64,000 nucleotides of DNA from Bacteroidia bacterium (GCA_026414975.1 JAOAHZ010000007.1:70727-134726), one strand, 5' to 3'. Positions 1 to 10,116 are shown, counted from the stretch's first letter. A program made the numbers and translations. Notes: generated from the sequence alone by a model not told the origin.

Positions 1-490
1 TGGCGCCAAGCCGTTCTCGAATCTGTTCTACGACACCAAAGAAATTAGCGCCTGCTCTGTCCATTTTATTGACGAAGCAGATGCGGGGCACCTTGTATCG
101 GTTTGCCTGACGCCAGACGGTTTCGGATTGGGGCTGGACGCCAGCGACGCCGCAAAAGACTGCCACCGCTCCATCTAAGACACGCATGGAACGCTCTACC
201 TCTACGGTGAAATCTACATGGCCAGGGGTATCGATAATGTTGATGCGGTACTTCTCACCTTGCCAGTTCCAGTAAGTGGTCGTAGCAGCCGCTGTAATCG
301 TAATACCTCGCTCACGCTCTTGGGGCATGTAGTCCATGGTGGCAGTCCCTTCATGCACCTCCCCCAGCTTGTGTGTTAGGCCTGTATAGAAGAGAATGCG
401 TTCGGTTGTTGTTGTTTTCCCTGCATCTATGTGCGCTGCGATACCGATGTTTCGGCAGCGAGACAAGGGTACAGTTGGGTCTATCGGCAT
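1..490 (-). CDS. fusA: Elongation factor G, N-terminal part. The gene continues past the 5' edge of the window; its start codon is at 488-490.
   Basis: The reverse translation from 490 reads [37 protein letters not shown]...DTPGHVDFT, which is the canonical EF-G G-domain. It lies downstream of rpsL-rpsG as in the str operon. Confidence 0.9.
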   Translation of the reverse strand, partial: MPIDPTVPLSRCRNIGIAAHIDAGKTTTTERILFYTGLTHKLGEVHEGTATMDYMPQERERGITITAAATTTYWNWQGEKYRINIIDTPGHVDFTVEVERSMRVLDGAVAVFCGVAGVQPQSETVWRQANRYKVPRICFVNKMDRAGANFFGVVEQIRERLGA

Positions 491-496
491 AGGATT

Positions 497-964
497 TTAG
501 AATCGGAAATGGGCAAAGGCTTTGTTCGCTTCGGCCATTTTATGCACTTCATCGCGCTTCTTGATAGCGGCTCCCTCATTTTTGGATGCAGCGATAAGCT
601 CTCCAGCCAAGCGATCGGCCATGGTACGCTCACTGCGCTTGCGAGCCGCCTCAATAAGCCAACGCATTGCTAAAGACAACTTGCGCTCTGGACGAGGCTC
701 CATCGGAATCTGCAATGTAGCCCCCCCAACTCGCCTCGGACGAACCTCTAAATGGGGCATAGCATTATTGACCGCCGCTTGAAAGATTTCCAAGGGATTC
801 TGGTTAGTTTTCTGGGCGATGAGCTCTAAGGCTCGGTAAAATATCTGGTAGGCTTTAGTCTTCTTGCCCTCTCGCATAATCTTATTCACAAAGCGAGCGA
901 CCAACTCGCTTTTGTATTTCGGATCAGGAGGGATAACCCGAGGTTCTGGATGCCCTTTTCTCAT
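497..964 (-). CDS. rpsG: 30S ribosomal protein S7
   Basis: The 155 aa ORF resembles S7 over its whole length, and the str-operon context supports it. Confidence 0.95.
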   Translation of the reverse strand: MRKGHPEPRVIPPDPKYKSELVARFVNKIMREGKKTKAYQIFYRALELIAQKTNQNPLEIFQAAVNNAMPHLEVRPRRVGGATLQIPMEPRPERKLSLAMRWLIEAARKRSERTMADRLAGELIAASKNEGAAIKKRDEVHKMAEANKAFAHFRF

Positions 965-1386
965 TTTTTACCTCCTTTCTGAGGCGCGCCTTTGCCGGCT
1001 GGAGCAGCGGCTCCTTTCTTAGGACGTTTAGCTCCATAGAGAGAACGGCCTTGACGGCGCTTTTCTACACCTGCGCACTCTAAGGCCCCGCGTACGATGT
1101 GATAACGCACGCCCGGTAAATCCTTCACGCGTCCGCCTCGTACCAAGACTACCGAGTGTTCTTGTAGATTGTGGCCCTCCCCTGGTATATACGCAATGAT
1201 CTCATACCCGCTGGTAAGCCGCACTTTGGCAACTTTACGCAGAGCTGAGTTAGGCTTCTTTGGAGTAGTAGTATAGACTTTGGTGCAGGTCCCGCGCCGC
1301 TGAGGGCAGCCAACTAAAGCAGGGGACTTGCTCTTGTAAGGCTTGGGCTTTCGCCCATGCCGTATGAGCTGCTGTATCGTAGGCAT
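961..1386 (-). CDS. rpsL: 30S ribosomal protein S12. The ORF is open back to 1500, but the conserved N-terminus [13 protein letters not shown] places the start at 1386.
   Basis: The ORF shows S12 motifs ([28 protein letters not shown]). The start was chosen by homology to the conserved S12 N-terminus. Confidence 0.93.
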   Translation of the reverse strand: MPTIQQLIRHGRKPKPYKSKSPALVGCPQRRGTCTKVYTTTPKKPNSALRKVAKVRLTSGYEIIAYIPGEGHNLQEHSVVLVRGGRVKDLPGVRYHIVRGALECAGVEKRRQGRSLYGAKRPKKGAAAPAGKGAPQKGGKK

Positions 1387-1491
1387 ACAACGGGGTGCAA
1401 AGGTAGAAAACTTTCTGCACACGCTGCAAATCCCACCACCCCCTTGCAATGGGAGAGAAGTTTTTACTTTATCAGGAAACTCTGCTCGGTA

Positions 1492-3043
1492 ATGCCCCAA
1501 GTTGCCTCTACCCGCTACCTAAGATACGGGGTGATTGTGCGGCGCGATTTCTTGGCAGGGCTGGTAGTAGCGTTGGTTGCTCTACCCCTCTGCATCGGGA
1601 TTGCCTTAGCCAGTGGTACATCCGCTTCGGCTGGACTGCTTAGTGGAATGATTGGAGGGCTCGTTGTGCCTTTACTCAGCCGTTCGCCTCTGGGTATATC
1701 GGGTCCAGCCGCTGGACTGATTGTACTCGTGGCAGATGCCATGCGCGCCCTAAGTCCATCCGAATGGGCGGTTAGCGTCGCCATAGCCGGAGCTACTCAA
1801 CTGCTCTTAGGTGCCTTGCAGGGTGATGTCATAGGTTACTTTATTCCAAACGCTGTTATACATGGCATGTTAGCGGGTATCGGGGGGATTATTCTCATCC
1901 GACAGATGCCTTCAACCATCGGCTACCAAGCCCTACCGCTGGATGAAGCGATGGCATCTTTATCCTTTTTCAGTGGGTCTATTCACATAGGCGGCCTCAT
2001 CATAGGTATAGTTAGCCTAAGCGTCCTAATCGTATGGGAATATCTCTTTGTCCCTGCACAGTTGAAAAAATGGCTACCCGGTCCTTTAGTTGCAATTGGG
2101 GTAGGCTCAGCAACATCGCTGGTTATGGGAGCTTTTTGGCCGGGGGTTGGCGCTCGCTGAAGAGATGAGGCTCAACCTGCCATCGGATGGAATAAAGATA
2201 AGTTGGGCGATACAGGATTTAGGGGCGATTAGGTGGAGCTTAGCGGCTAAACATGGAGGGCTAATCGGTGTAGTCGCTACGCTGGAGACCCTGCTATCTA
2301 TAGAAGCGGTGGATAAAATGGACCCCTACCGGCGACGAACCCCCAAGCGCCAAGAGATTCTCGCTCAAGGGCTGGGTAATCTCGTAGCTGGATCGGTAGG
2401 AGCCCTTCCAATCACTCAAGTCATCGTGCGAAGTTCAGCAGCTGTACAAGCCGGCGGATACGGACGACTCACAACGCTGTTTCACGGGCTATGCTTAGGA
2501 GTTTTTGGGTTTCTTTTGACCCCTTGGCTCTCGTACATTCCGCTTGCTAGCATCAGCGCTATCCTCGTGGTAGTGGGGTATAAGCTCCTCAAGCCCTCCA
2601 TCTTCATTGAGTTTGCTAAACGAGATATCCGACGACAGTTAGCCCCCTTCGTGATAACTTTTATAGGCGTGATGAGCTTAGACCTTCTTGCAGGCGTAGG
2701 CATGGGACTTGGGCTTTCCACCTTTTTGCTTCTCTGGGAGAGTTATCGCTTAGGCAGTTATGCCGAGCTCCACCAAGAGGGGATTCACTGGACTTTACGC
2801 CTGAGCGAGCAGATCACCTTTTTGAATAAAGCTCATCTGAACCAGACCCTAATGAAAGTTCCCCCTGGAACAGACCTTTTCATAGATACGCGGGCAGTAC
2901 GCTACATGGACGCTGACGTAGCAGACCTTCTTGCTGAATATGCCCAAGAAGCCCACAAAAGGGGCATCAGGGTTAGGATTGGAGGGGACGAGTCAGCCAA
3001 AGGCGCCTATCTCTCCTCCTCTAAGCAGTCTAAGGGCGCTTGA
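1492..3043 (+). pseudogene. sulP: SulP-family anion (sulfate) permease with a C-terminal STAS domain, split into two overlapping ORFs (1492..2160 and 2147..3043) by an apparent 1-nt insertion or deletion near a GGGGG run at 2142-2146.
   Basis: The first ORF is a polytopic membrane domain rich in Gly and Ala. The second ORF continues with transmembrane segments and then a STAS-like tail (LRLSEQITFLNKAHL...FIDTRAVRYMDADVADLL). The combined 521 aa matches SulP length, and the join ...AFWPG/LALAEEM is seamless once one G is removed. Confidence 0.6.
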
Positions 3044-3133
3044 TATTAGCTAAACTTCCCCTGACATGGTGTTTCTTTTTCCTTATAGGGGTCTCGGATT
3101 GACTCAGAGAGGTTCGGAGCCCCTGCCCTTCAA

Positions 3134-5986
3134 TCATTTGGTTTCCACTTCCGCATAGCTCGCCACAGGAGGACATGTACAGACCAAGTGGCGGTCTCCA
3201 TAGGCATGGTCTACTCGGGCCACAGGCGGCCATACTTTATGCTGCCACAGCCAAGGAGCAGGAAAACCACCTTGCTCGCGGGAATAGGGACGATTCCAGC
3301 TCTCTGATGCTATGGCGCGCTGAGTATGCGGCGCCCGTCGGAGCGGACTCTCGTCTAAAAGCACTTCCCCCCGTTCAACCTGAGCTATTTCCTCTCGTAT
3401 GCGCTGCATGGCATACACGAATCGGTCAAGTTCAGCCAAGTCCTCGCTTTCGGTTGGCTCTATCATCATGGTACCCACGACTGGAAAAGATACGGTAGGT
3501 GCATGAAAACCAAAGTCAATGAGCCGCTTGGCTATATCATCCACTTCTATCCCTGCTTTAGCCTTGAAGCTGCGGAGGTCTATGATAAACTCGTGGGCGA
3601 CCAGCCCATTTTCATCTGTGTACAGAATAGGATAATAAGCAGACAAGCGAGCCTTGAGATAGTTAGCGTTTAGAAGGGCGATTTGGGAGGCGTAACGGAG
3701 TCCATCGGCTCCCATCATTCGGATATAGGCATAAGATATCCAGAGGATCAAAGCACTCCCATAAGGGGCAGCCGCCACAGGTCCAATGCCGGCCTCCCCG
3801 CCTGTGGGTATCACAGGATGTGTAGGCAAGTACGGCGCTAAATGAGCGGCGACAGCGATAGGACCCATACCGGGTCCCCCTCCACCATGAGGTATGGAAA
3901 AAGTCTTGTGTAAATTCATATGGCATACATCAGCGCCTATAAGGGCAGGAGCGGTCAGTCCGACTTGAGCATTGAGATTGGCTCCATCCATGTAGACTTG
4001 GCCGCCTGCTTGATGGACTATATCACAGACCCACCGAATGTGCCGCTCATAAATCCCGTGGGTAGAAGGGTAAGTGATCATAATGGCTGCCAAGCGATCC
4101 GCATACTGATTGACTTTCGCTCTAAGGTCTTCTGAGTCAATATTTCCTTGCTCGTCAGCTTTGACTACGACGACGGAGTATCCCGCTAAGACAGCGCTTG
4201 CAGGATTCGTACCATGGGCTGAGGACGGCACTAAGACGATGTCCCGCTGTTTTTCACCGCGAGCTTCGTGATAGCGTCGGATGACCATGAGGCCCGTGTA
4301 TTCGCCTTGAGCACCCGAGTTAGGTTGAAAGCTGACTTGGGCGAATCCCGTTATCTCGCACAAATACTGTCCAAGGCGAGAGAGCATTTCATGATAACCA
4401 GCGGCCTGCTCCTTGGGAATAAAGGGATGAAGGCTATTGAGCTCAAGCCAGCTCAGGGGCATGAGAGCAGCTACAGGATTGAGCTTCATGGTACAGGACC
4501 CCAGCGGAATCATAGAATGAACCAGAGATATGTCTCTACTAACCAACCGATGAAGAAATCGGGTGAGCTGATGCTCTCCTCGGTATTGATGAAAGGTCGG
4601 ATGGGTCAGATAAGGAGCCTGCCGTCGGAGTCTGTCTGGAAAAGCTGAGAGAGCGGTGGAGGGAAGAGCCGCAGAGCGCCCGACCGCTTGAGAAAAGATA
4701 GCCAGAAGGTCTTGAAGGTCTTTCTCTCTAACGGTTTCGTCTAAACTAAGTCCTACGCCTCCATCCTCATAATAGCGGAGATTGATGTGATAGGAAGCGG
4801 CTACCTCTCGCACCTTTTCAGACTGAGAGGGGGTGAGACAAAGACGTAGGGTATCAAAGTAACTATCATAAATCGGCTCTATGCCAAGGGTTCGGAGGGC
4901 CTCAGCAAGCCGAGCGGTCTGATGATGGATTCGCCGAGCCAACTCCTGAAGAGCTTCTGGCCCGTGATAGATCGCATACAAAGTGGCCAGGTGCGCTAAA
5001 AGAACCTGAGCGGTACATATATTACTGGTGGCTTTTTCTCGCTTGATATGCTGTTCTCGTGTTTGGAGGGCAAGACGATAAGCGGGTTGCCCCTCTGAAT
5101 CTATGGTGAGTCCGACTATGCGTCCTGGCATGTGACGCTTATAAGGTTCAGCCGCAGCGAAGAAAGCTGCGTGAGGTCCTCCATACCCCATAGGTACGCC
5201 AAAGCGTTGGCTAGAGCCGAATGCCACATCAGCGCCTAAATAGCCTGGAGACTCAGCTATGGTAAGGAAAAGAAGGTCTGTCGCCACGGCCACTTGAACT
5301 CCAGCCGCTTTGGCTGCTTGAATAAGCTCGGGCAAATGAGGACGCACCCAGCCATCGGTCGTAGGATAAGCCAAAATAGACCCAAAATACCGATCCCATG
5401 GAGCTTGCTCGGGTTTGCCTACCTCCACGGAAATGCCCAGACCGTAAGCCCGAGTCTGAACTACCCCTATAACTTGCGGATGAAGGTGCTCATCTACAAA
5501 GAAAGCTCGGTCTTTACCCCGAGCTACAGTATAAAACATGAATAAAGCCTCGGCTGCAGCGGTAGCTTCATCCAATAAGGAAGCGTTGGCCAGCGGTAAG
5601 CCTGTGAGGTCTGAGACCATAGTCTGAAACAGCATAAGCAGCTCTAATCGCCCTTGAGCTATTTCGGGTTGGTATGGCGTGTAGGCGGTGTACCAAGCAG
5701 GGTTCTCCAAAACGAGCCGCTGGATAACGGGTGGTGTGTAGGTGCCATAGTATCCCATCCCGATGTAGGTGCGCCAGCGCAGATTTTTTTGGGCTAAAGC
5801 CCGCATCTCTTCTAAGATTTCCACTTCGGAAGCAGGCGGCGGTAAGTTGAGAGGGGTTGAGCGTCGAATATCAGCCGGTATGATAGCATCGGTGAGGGAT
5901 TCTAAGCTACTTGCACCGATGACATGGAGCATGTGCTGGATATCCTCTGGATCGTGAGGTACATGTCGCCGAACGAAAGGCATCAT
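3134..5986 (-). CDS. gcvP: Glycine dehydrogenase (decarboxylating), the single-chain P-protein of the glycine cleavage system
   Basis: The 950 aa ORF matches single-chain GcvP in length and shows homology along its whole length. Confidence 0.93.
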   Translation of the reverse strand: MMPFVRRHVPHDPEDIQHMLHVIGASSLESLTDAIIPADIRRSTPLNLPPPASEVEILEEMRALAQKNLRWRTYIGMGYYGTYTPPVIQRLVLENPAWYTAYTPYQPEIAQGRLELLMLFQTMVSDLTGLPLANASLLDEATAAAEALFMFYTVARGKDRAFFVDEHLHPQVIGVVQTRAYGLGISVEVGKPEQAPWDRYFGSILAYPTTDGWVRPHLPELIQAAKAAGVQVAVATDLLFLTIAESPGYLGADVAFGSSQRFGVPMGYGGPHAAFFAAAEPYKRHMPGRIVGLTIDSEGQPAYRLALQTREQHIKREKATSNICTAQVLLAHLATLYAIYHGPEALQELARRIHHQTARLAEALRTLGIEPIYDSYFDTLRLCLTPSQSEKVREVAASYHINLRYYEDGGVGLSLDETVREKDLQDLLAIFSQAVGRSAALPSTALSAFPDRLRRQAPYLTHPTFHQYRGEHQLTRFLHRLVSRDISLVHSMIPLGSCTMKLNPVAALMPLSWLELNSLHPFIPKEQAAGYHEMLSRLGQYLCEITGFAQVSFQPNSGAQGEYTGLMVIRRYHEARGEKQRDIVLVPSSAHGTNPASAVLAGYSVVVVKADEQGNIDSEDLRAKVNQYADRLAAIMITYPSTHGIYERHIRWVCDIVHQAGGQVYMDGANLNAQVGLTAPALIGADVCHMNLHKTFSIPHGGGGPGMGPIAVAAHLAPYLPTHPVIPTGGEAGIGPVAAAPYGSALILWISYAYIRMMGADGLRYASQIALLNANYLKARLSAYYPILYTDENGLVAHEFIIDLRSFKAKAGIEVDDIAKRLIDFGFHAPTVSFPVVGTMMIEPTESEDLAELDRFVYAMQRIREEIAQVERGEVLLDESPLRRAPHTQRAIASESWNRPYSREQGGFPAPWLWQHKVWPPVARVDHAYGDRHLVCTCPPVASYAEVETK

Positions 5987-6133
5987 CTCAGCAAAACTAA
6001 ACAGATTGCTGCGGGTGGGCGTTTTTGGAAGAGAACGATGCGAGGGGGCATGGGCGTCAGCTCGGGAGAAGGGACATGGGTAGCCCTTCGCCTATGCCAC
6101 GAGGGGTGGAGAGTTTGGGTGTTTTTTGAGCCC

Positions 6134-6170
6134 GGGGGCGCGCCAGCGCCAAAGGCGCTGGCGCGCCCCC
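6134..6170. repeat. Perfect GC-rich inverted repeat: a 17 bp stem GGGGGCGCGCCAGCGCC, a 3 nt loop AAA, then the reverse complement. It sits in the gcvP upstream leader.
   Basis: Read directly from the sequence at 6134-6150 and 6154-6170. A T6 run precedes it on the plus strand, which is an A6 run after it on the minus strand. It contains an AscI site (GGCGCGCC). Confidence 0.85.
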
Positions 6171-6336
6171 CCCGCCTTCCATAAACCAAAGCTAATGAGT
6201 TCAGAGACACCCTAACGCTCTCAAAAGCAAAAGACATAGACAACCCCAGTGGCCAGCACAGCCTAAAAGCACTTAAGTCCAAAGCCAAACTAAACCCCTT
6301 TCGCCAAACCCTTTTTCTCAGCCCAACAGCACCACC

Positions 6337-6873
6337 TCAGTCGCGCCGCCTGTATATTCCATAAAAACTCACCTCCACCTCCTCAGCTATTTTTTCCCAC
6401 AAAAGACGAGGTATCTTGATTTTGTAATCCGTAGGACGAACCAAAAAGCGTCCGCTAAGCTGTAACACGCCTTGAGGTTTGACCTCGTAAACGCCTGAAA
6501 GAACCTCCTCCCGTCTTACCCCGTGTATTTCTATCATGCCCCGTGCGCTGACAGCGTAAGTACCAGGCTGCGTATACGGAAAAGGCGCCACGAGCTTACC
6601 CCGAAAGTAAGCGTAGGGATACTTATCCGACTCCAGATAGTTTTCATTGAAGTGTTCCTCCATGAGCTTATTGGGAAACGAAAATCCCCGAATCCGCACC
6701 TGAACATACACGGAATCTGTCGCAAAGTCTATCCAGCTGCGGCATCCGTTTTTATTCTCGGCGGCTATTTTCTCCAGAGGAGCATCCGAGTAGAAGCGTA
6801 TGACTAAGGTGTCTGTCTCATAGCGCTGAGCCCACGTAGTCGTAAGGCAAAGGGTAGCGAGCCATCGTTTCAT
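6337..6873 (-). CDS. YceI-like periplasmic protein (polyisoprenoid-binding family) with a signal peptide. The ORF is open to 6888; the likely start is M6 at 6873.
   Basis: The N-terminus has a signal peptide MKRWLATLCLTTTWA|Q. The 178 aa product fits YceI-fold proteins in size and composition. Only 4 nt separate it from the upstream barrel gene stop. Confidence 0.5.
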   Translation of the reverse strand: MKRWLATLCLTTTWAQRYETDTLVIRFYSDAPLEKIAAENKNGCRSWIDFATDSVYVQVRIRGFSFPNKLMEEHFNENYLESDKYPYAYFRGKLVAPFPYTQPGTYAVSARGMIEIHGVRREEVLSGVYEVKPQGVLQLSGRFLVRPTDYKIKIPRLLWEKIAEEVEVSFYGIYRRRD

Positions 6874-6877
6874 CCCG

Positions 6878-7795
6878 CTAAGGACCATACACAGGACCTC
6901 CTTGAAATGAGAAAATGCGGGAAATATTGAAGCCCAGTCTCAATAGGAACCTCTGGGTGAGGAGGGTTCGGTTTTCGCTCAGTCCCTCGGCGTTGGTAAG
7001 GCCTATCTGGAAAACATGGCCGCCAGTCTCTATTTCGGTCCCAGCGCTCCATGGCAACCGATAAGAAGGTAGGACAGAGCGCTTCCACAGAGGCAGGCAT
7101 CCTTCAGCGAAAACCGTAAGGCGAGAAGTGAGCTTGAGACGAGCTCCAAGCAGAGCCCAACCCCATGTATTAGGAAGGCTGGTCTCTAAAGCCATATTTT
7201 GATGCAAAACGAGAGCCCCCGCAAGCAGAGAAACGCTCCGAGAGAACTTGCGAGCAATAAGGAGCTGATGAAGGTACTCCCAACGGTCACTGAATGTGGG
7301 ATATCGGACAGAGTCCTGCACTTCTGTAACGAACGCCGAAGTTATCCAGGTCATGGAAATAGGTATTCCCCCGGGTTCTGTCTGCCGCAGTAGGCGCAGC
7401 TTGAGGTAACCATTCCACCACTTGCCTATACCCGTGCGTTCTATACCTACCTCTGCCCAGTTTAGAGGACTGTACCCTAAGCTAACCCGAACAGTAGCCC
7501 CAGCGTCTATACCAAAAAAATTTCGGTATCCCTGCGTTAAGTCCCCAAAACGATGCGCCACACGAAACTCTAAGTGGTGAGCTGCGGGTATCTCCGTAGT
7601 GTGAAAGTTATATAACCTCGTGCCTTTGAAGGTGGCTAAAACAGGGACTCGTTCTTCAAGGGTTTGCCCCCAAGCTATGGAGATGAATGAGCAACAGTCT
7701 AACTTAATCCAAATCAACACTAACAAAACCTTTCGATACGACAGGGTTTTTATTCGGGTGCAGGGGTTCACTGAGGATAGCCTGTGTCTATCCAT
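6878..7795 (-). CDS. Predicted outer-membrane beta-barrel protein of unknown function. The start is uncertain: ATG at 7819 or 7795, or TTG near 7726.
   Basis: It has a signal-like N-terminus KVLLVLIWIKLDCCSFISIAWG|Q and alternating amphipathic beta-strand composition rich in Gly, Tyr and aromatics. It overlaps the cytochrome c ORF by 28-52 nt unless it uses the internal TTG start. Confidence 0.4.
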   Translation of the reverse strand: MDRHRLSSVNPCTRIKTLSYRKVLLVLIWIKLDCCSFISIAWGQTLEERVPVLATFKGTRLYNFHTTEIPAAHHLEFRVAHRFGDLTQGYRNFFGIDAGATVRVSLGYSPLNWAEVGIERTGIGKWWNGYLKLRLLRQTEPGGIPISMTWITSAFVTEVQDSVRYPTFSDRWEYLHQLLIARKFSRSVSLLAGALVLHQNMALETSLPNTWGWALLGARLKLTSRLTVFAEGCLPLWKRSVLPSYRLPWSAGTEIETGGHVFQIGLTNAEGLSENRTLLTQRFLLRLGFNISRIFSFQGGPVYGP

Positions 7796-8121
7796 TTCTT
7801 CAAAGAAGCAAGCGTGCAATCGTCTAACTTTCCACTGGGAGGCATAGAACCATTTTGCATGACGCGATACCAGTCGCCTTGTTCCGCTGAACGACGCACT
7901 TCCTGATAAGAGTCCAAGCGGACACCCCCAGATGGATTAGTCCCGCTATGGCAGCTTATGCAGTGCCAGCGCATTACTTGGGCTACATATCCATTGTAGG
8001 TGATGGTAGTCGTGTCCAATCCAGGGCAGGCGCTGTGGGGCGGCTGGGGCTTCTCTCTCTTGCAAGATAGCAGTGAGGTCCCCATCATGAGGAGCTGTAA
8101 GCAAGTGGCGGCACGAAGCAT
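7768..8121 (-). CDS. Small mono-haem c-type cytochrome, lipoprotein
   Basis: It has a lipobox signal, MLRAATCLQLLMMGTSLLS|C. It has a single CxxCH motif (CISCH) and a downstream Met (NGSMPP) as candidate sixth ligand. The gap to the sufD stop is 27 nt. Confidence 0.65.
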   Translation of the reverse strand: MLRAATCLQLLMMGTSLLSCKREKPQPPHSACPGLDTTTITYNGYVAQVMRWHCISCHSGTNPSGGVRLDSYQEVRRSAEQGDWYRVMQNGSMPPSGKLDDCTLASLKKWIDTGYPQ

Positions 8122-8147
8122 ATCTTGTAAAACAAAACTAAGCCTGT

Positions 8148-9368
8148 CTAAACCTTAGGAAGCGTGAAGTATTCTTCGGCCCAGGTGCGCAGGGCTGCGT
8201 GCGGCACTTTTTCAACAACTTCAGCTAAGAAGGCCCGATGCAACATAGACCGGGCTTTTTCCTCAGGTATGCCCCGAGCCTGAAGGTAAAATAGCATATC
8301 ACCCTGGAGAAATCCCGTGGTCACGCCATGGGTACATCGTACATCGTCCGCAAAGATTTCCAACTGAGGGCGGCTGTAGGACACCGCAGAAGGGGCCGTA
8401 AGTAGAGCTTTGTGAGACTGGTAAGCATTGGTCTTTTGCGCAGCTCGGCTTACAAAAATGCGGCCTTGGAATGCACGACGCCCGCCAGCTTCTACGAGAG
8501 ACTTGAATAACTGGTTACTCTCGGTATGAGGCGCTCTATGCTCTACCCGTATAGCTGTGTCTGCAAAAGCCCCTTCCGTTACCTGCGTAGCACCATGCAA
8601 ATGAGCACTGGCTCTTTGACCCCCGAGCTGAATCCGCATCTCGCTTCGCATCCAAGCCGTAGCAGCATGAAGCTCGTAGGTCTCTATAGTTGCATCCTCT
8701 TCTACATAAGCCGTTAGGATGAGATAGCGATAGGACTCGCCTGAGTCCCGAGGTGAAGGATAGTAAAACCGAAGCCGACCCCCTCGTTGAACATGAAGGT
8801 GCCATCGCACCAGAGAGAGTCCTTCCCCTTCTAAGGAGAACCAGACCTCGCCCACCGCTGATTCCGGCACGATAGCGGTGAAAAGCTGGGCAGCAAAGGC
8901 ACCCGGATTGCGCAGCGCAACACCGATGGGTTCTCCATCAGCCAGCATAAAATGCCGCTGGTGGGCTGCACCAGCTAACAGCGCCTCCCAAGGAGAGAGA
9001 GGCTCTGGAAAGCTCTGAATCGCTGGGTTTCTCTCATCTAACGATTCTCTTGGATCACTCAAGCTATCTCCCGCAACCCCAAACGGCTGACCATACTCAA
9101 ATGGGACATAGTCCCAGCGTTGTCTGAGCAGATCCATTGGAGTGTATTTCCAATCCTCTTTGAGAACCTGTTCAGTGAAAAGATGCGAAAGGTCTCCCGC
9201 CTCCATCCACGAAAGAGCTCTATCTCGGAGAGGCGAAGGGGTGCTTCGCCCCATACTTCGTAAAAGTTGAGTCAAATGCGCCGCTCCTTCCTCCAAGGAC
9301 AATCTTGCTCTTAAGGTCGTTTCCATATCAGGCAGGATTGAGAAGAGACTCGTAACCGCTCTTTTCAA
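8148..9368 (-). CDS. sufD: Fe-S cluster assembly protein SufD
   Basis: The C-terminus is SufB/SufD-like (DDVRCTHGVTTGFLQGDMLFYLQARGI). Its 406 aa fits SufD rather than SufB. It overlaps sufC by 41 nt. Confidence 0.8.
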   Translation of the reverse strand: MKRAVTSLFSILPDMETTLRARLSLEEGAAHLTQLLRSMGRSTPSPLRDRALSWMEAGDLSHLFTEQVLKEDWKYTPMDLLRQRWDYVPFEYGQPFGVAGDSLSDPRESLDERNPAIQSFPEPLSPWEALLAGAAHQRHFMLADGEPIGVALRNPGAFAAQLFTAIVPESAVGEVWFSLEGEGLSLVRWHLHVQRGGRLRFYYPSPRDSGESYRYLILTAYVEEDATIETYELHAATAWMRSEMRIQLGGQRASAHLHGATQVTEGAFADTAIRVEHRAPHTESNQLFKSLVEAGGRRAFQGRIFVSRAAQKTNAYQSHKALLTAPSAVSYSRPQLEIFADDVRCTHGVTTGFLQGDMLFYLQARGIPEEKARSMLHRAFLAEVVEKVPHAALRTWAEEYFTLPKV

Positions 9369-10074
9369 GCTCTAAAGCCAGGTCAGCTCCACCCGATCGT
9401 ACGATGCGCCCATCCATTAGTATATGAACCACATCTGGTTGAATGTACTGGAGAATCCGATGGTAATGCGTGATAATGATAAAAGAGCGTTCGGGGCTGC
9501 GCAGTGTATTGACCGCATCCGCTACAATCCGAAGGGCATCTATATCTAATCCAGAGTCAGTCTCATCCATGACCACGAGCTTTGGATTCAGCACAGCCAT
9601 TTGAAAGATTTCGGCTCGCTTTCTCTCACCGCCCGAGAAGCCCTCATTCACGGCTCGGGTGAGAAAAGAGGCATCTAACTTGAGCAGGGCGGCTTTCTCC
9701 CGCAGAAGCGCCATCAGCTCAGCTGTATCCAGAGGCTCTAATCCCTTAGCTGCGCGATGGGCGTTAAGAGCCGCTCGAAGAAACTGCACCATGCTTACGC
9801 CAGGGATTTCCACAGGGTATTGGAAAGCCAAAAAAATACCCGCATGGCTACGCTCCTCCGGTGACATGTCTAAAAGATTCCTTCCCTCATACAGTATCTC
9901 TCCTTGCGTAACTTCATACCCATCCCGACCCGTAAGGATAGCCGCCAAAGTACTCTTGCCTGCCCCGTTGGGACCCATGATGGCATGGACCTCTCCAAGA
10001 TTGACCGTGAGATTGAGGCCTTTGAGAATAGGGCGCCTCTCTACCGAAGCATGAAGGTCTCGTATCGTCAGCAT
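9328..10074 (-). CDS. sufC: Fe-S cluster assembly ATPase SufC
   Basis: It has a Walker A motif GPNGAGKST. The length (248 aa) and the conserved N-terminus LxIxxLHxxV match SufC. Confidence 0.9.
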   Translation of the reverse strand: MLTIRDLHASVERRPILKGLNLTVNLGEVHAIMGPNGAGKSTLAAILTGRDGYEVTQGEILYEGRNLLDMSPEERSHAGIFLAFQYPVEIPGVSMVQFLRAALNAHRAAKGLEPLDTAELMALLREKAALLKLDASFLTRAVNEGFSGGERKRAEIFQMAVLNPKLVVMDETDSGLDIDALRIVADAVNTLRSPERSFIIITHYHRILQYIQPDVVHILMDGRIVRSGGADLALELEKSGYESLLNPA

Positions 10075-10116
10075 AATCCGTGCAAAGTTGAATATAACCT
10101 AAGTACCTCACCGCTT

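Noticed and set aside
3044-3133. Possible bidirectional terminator between convergent sulP and gcvP
   Set aside because: There is only a 5 bp CCCCT/AGGGG stem with a 24 nt loop and no U-tract. It is not convincing.
5987-6336. Glycine riboswitch upstream of gcvP
   Set aside because: The tandem aptamer consensus (GGAGAG ... CGCCGAAGGAGCAA ... CUCUCAGGCAAAAGGACAG) could not be aligned in the gcvP-sense orientation. GGAGAG-like strings occur only on the opposite strand. A covariance-model scan would be needed to be sure.
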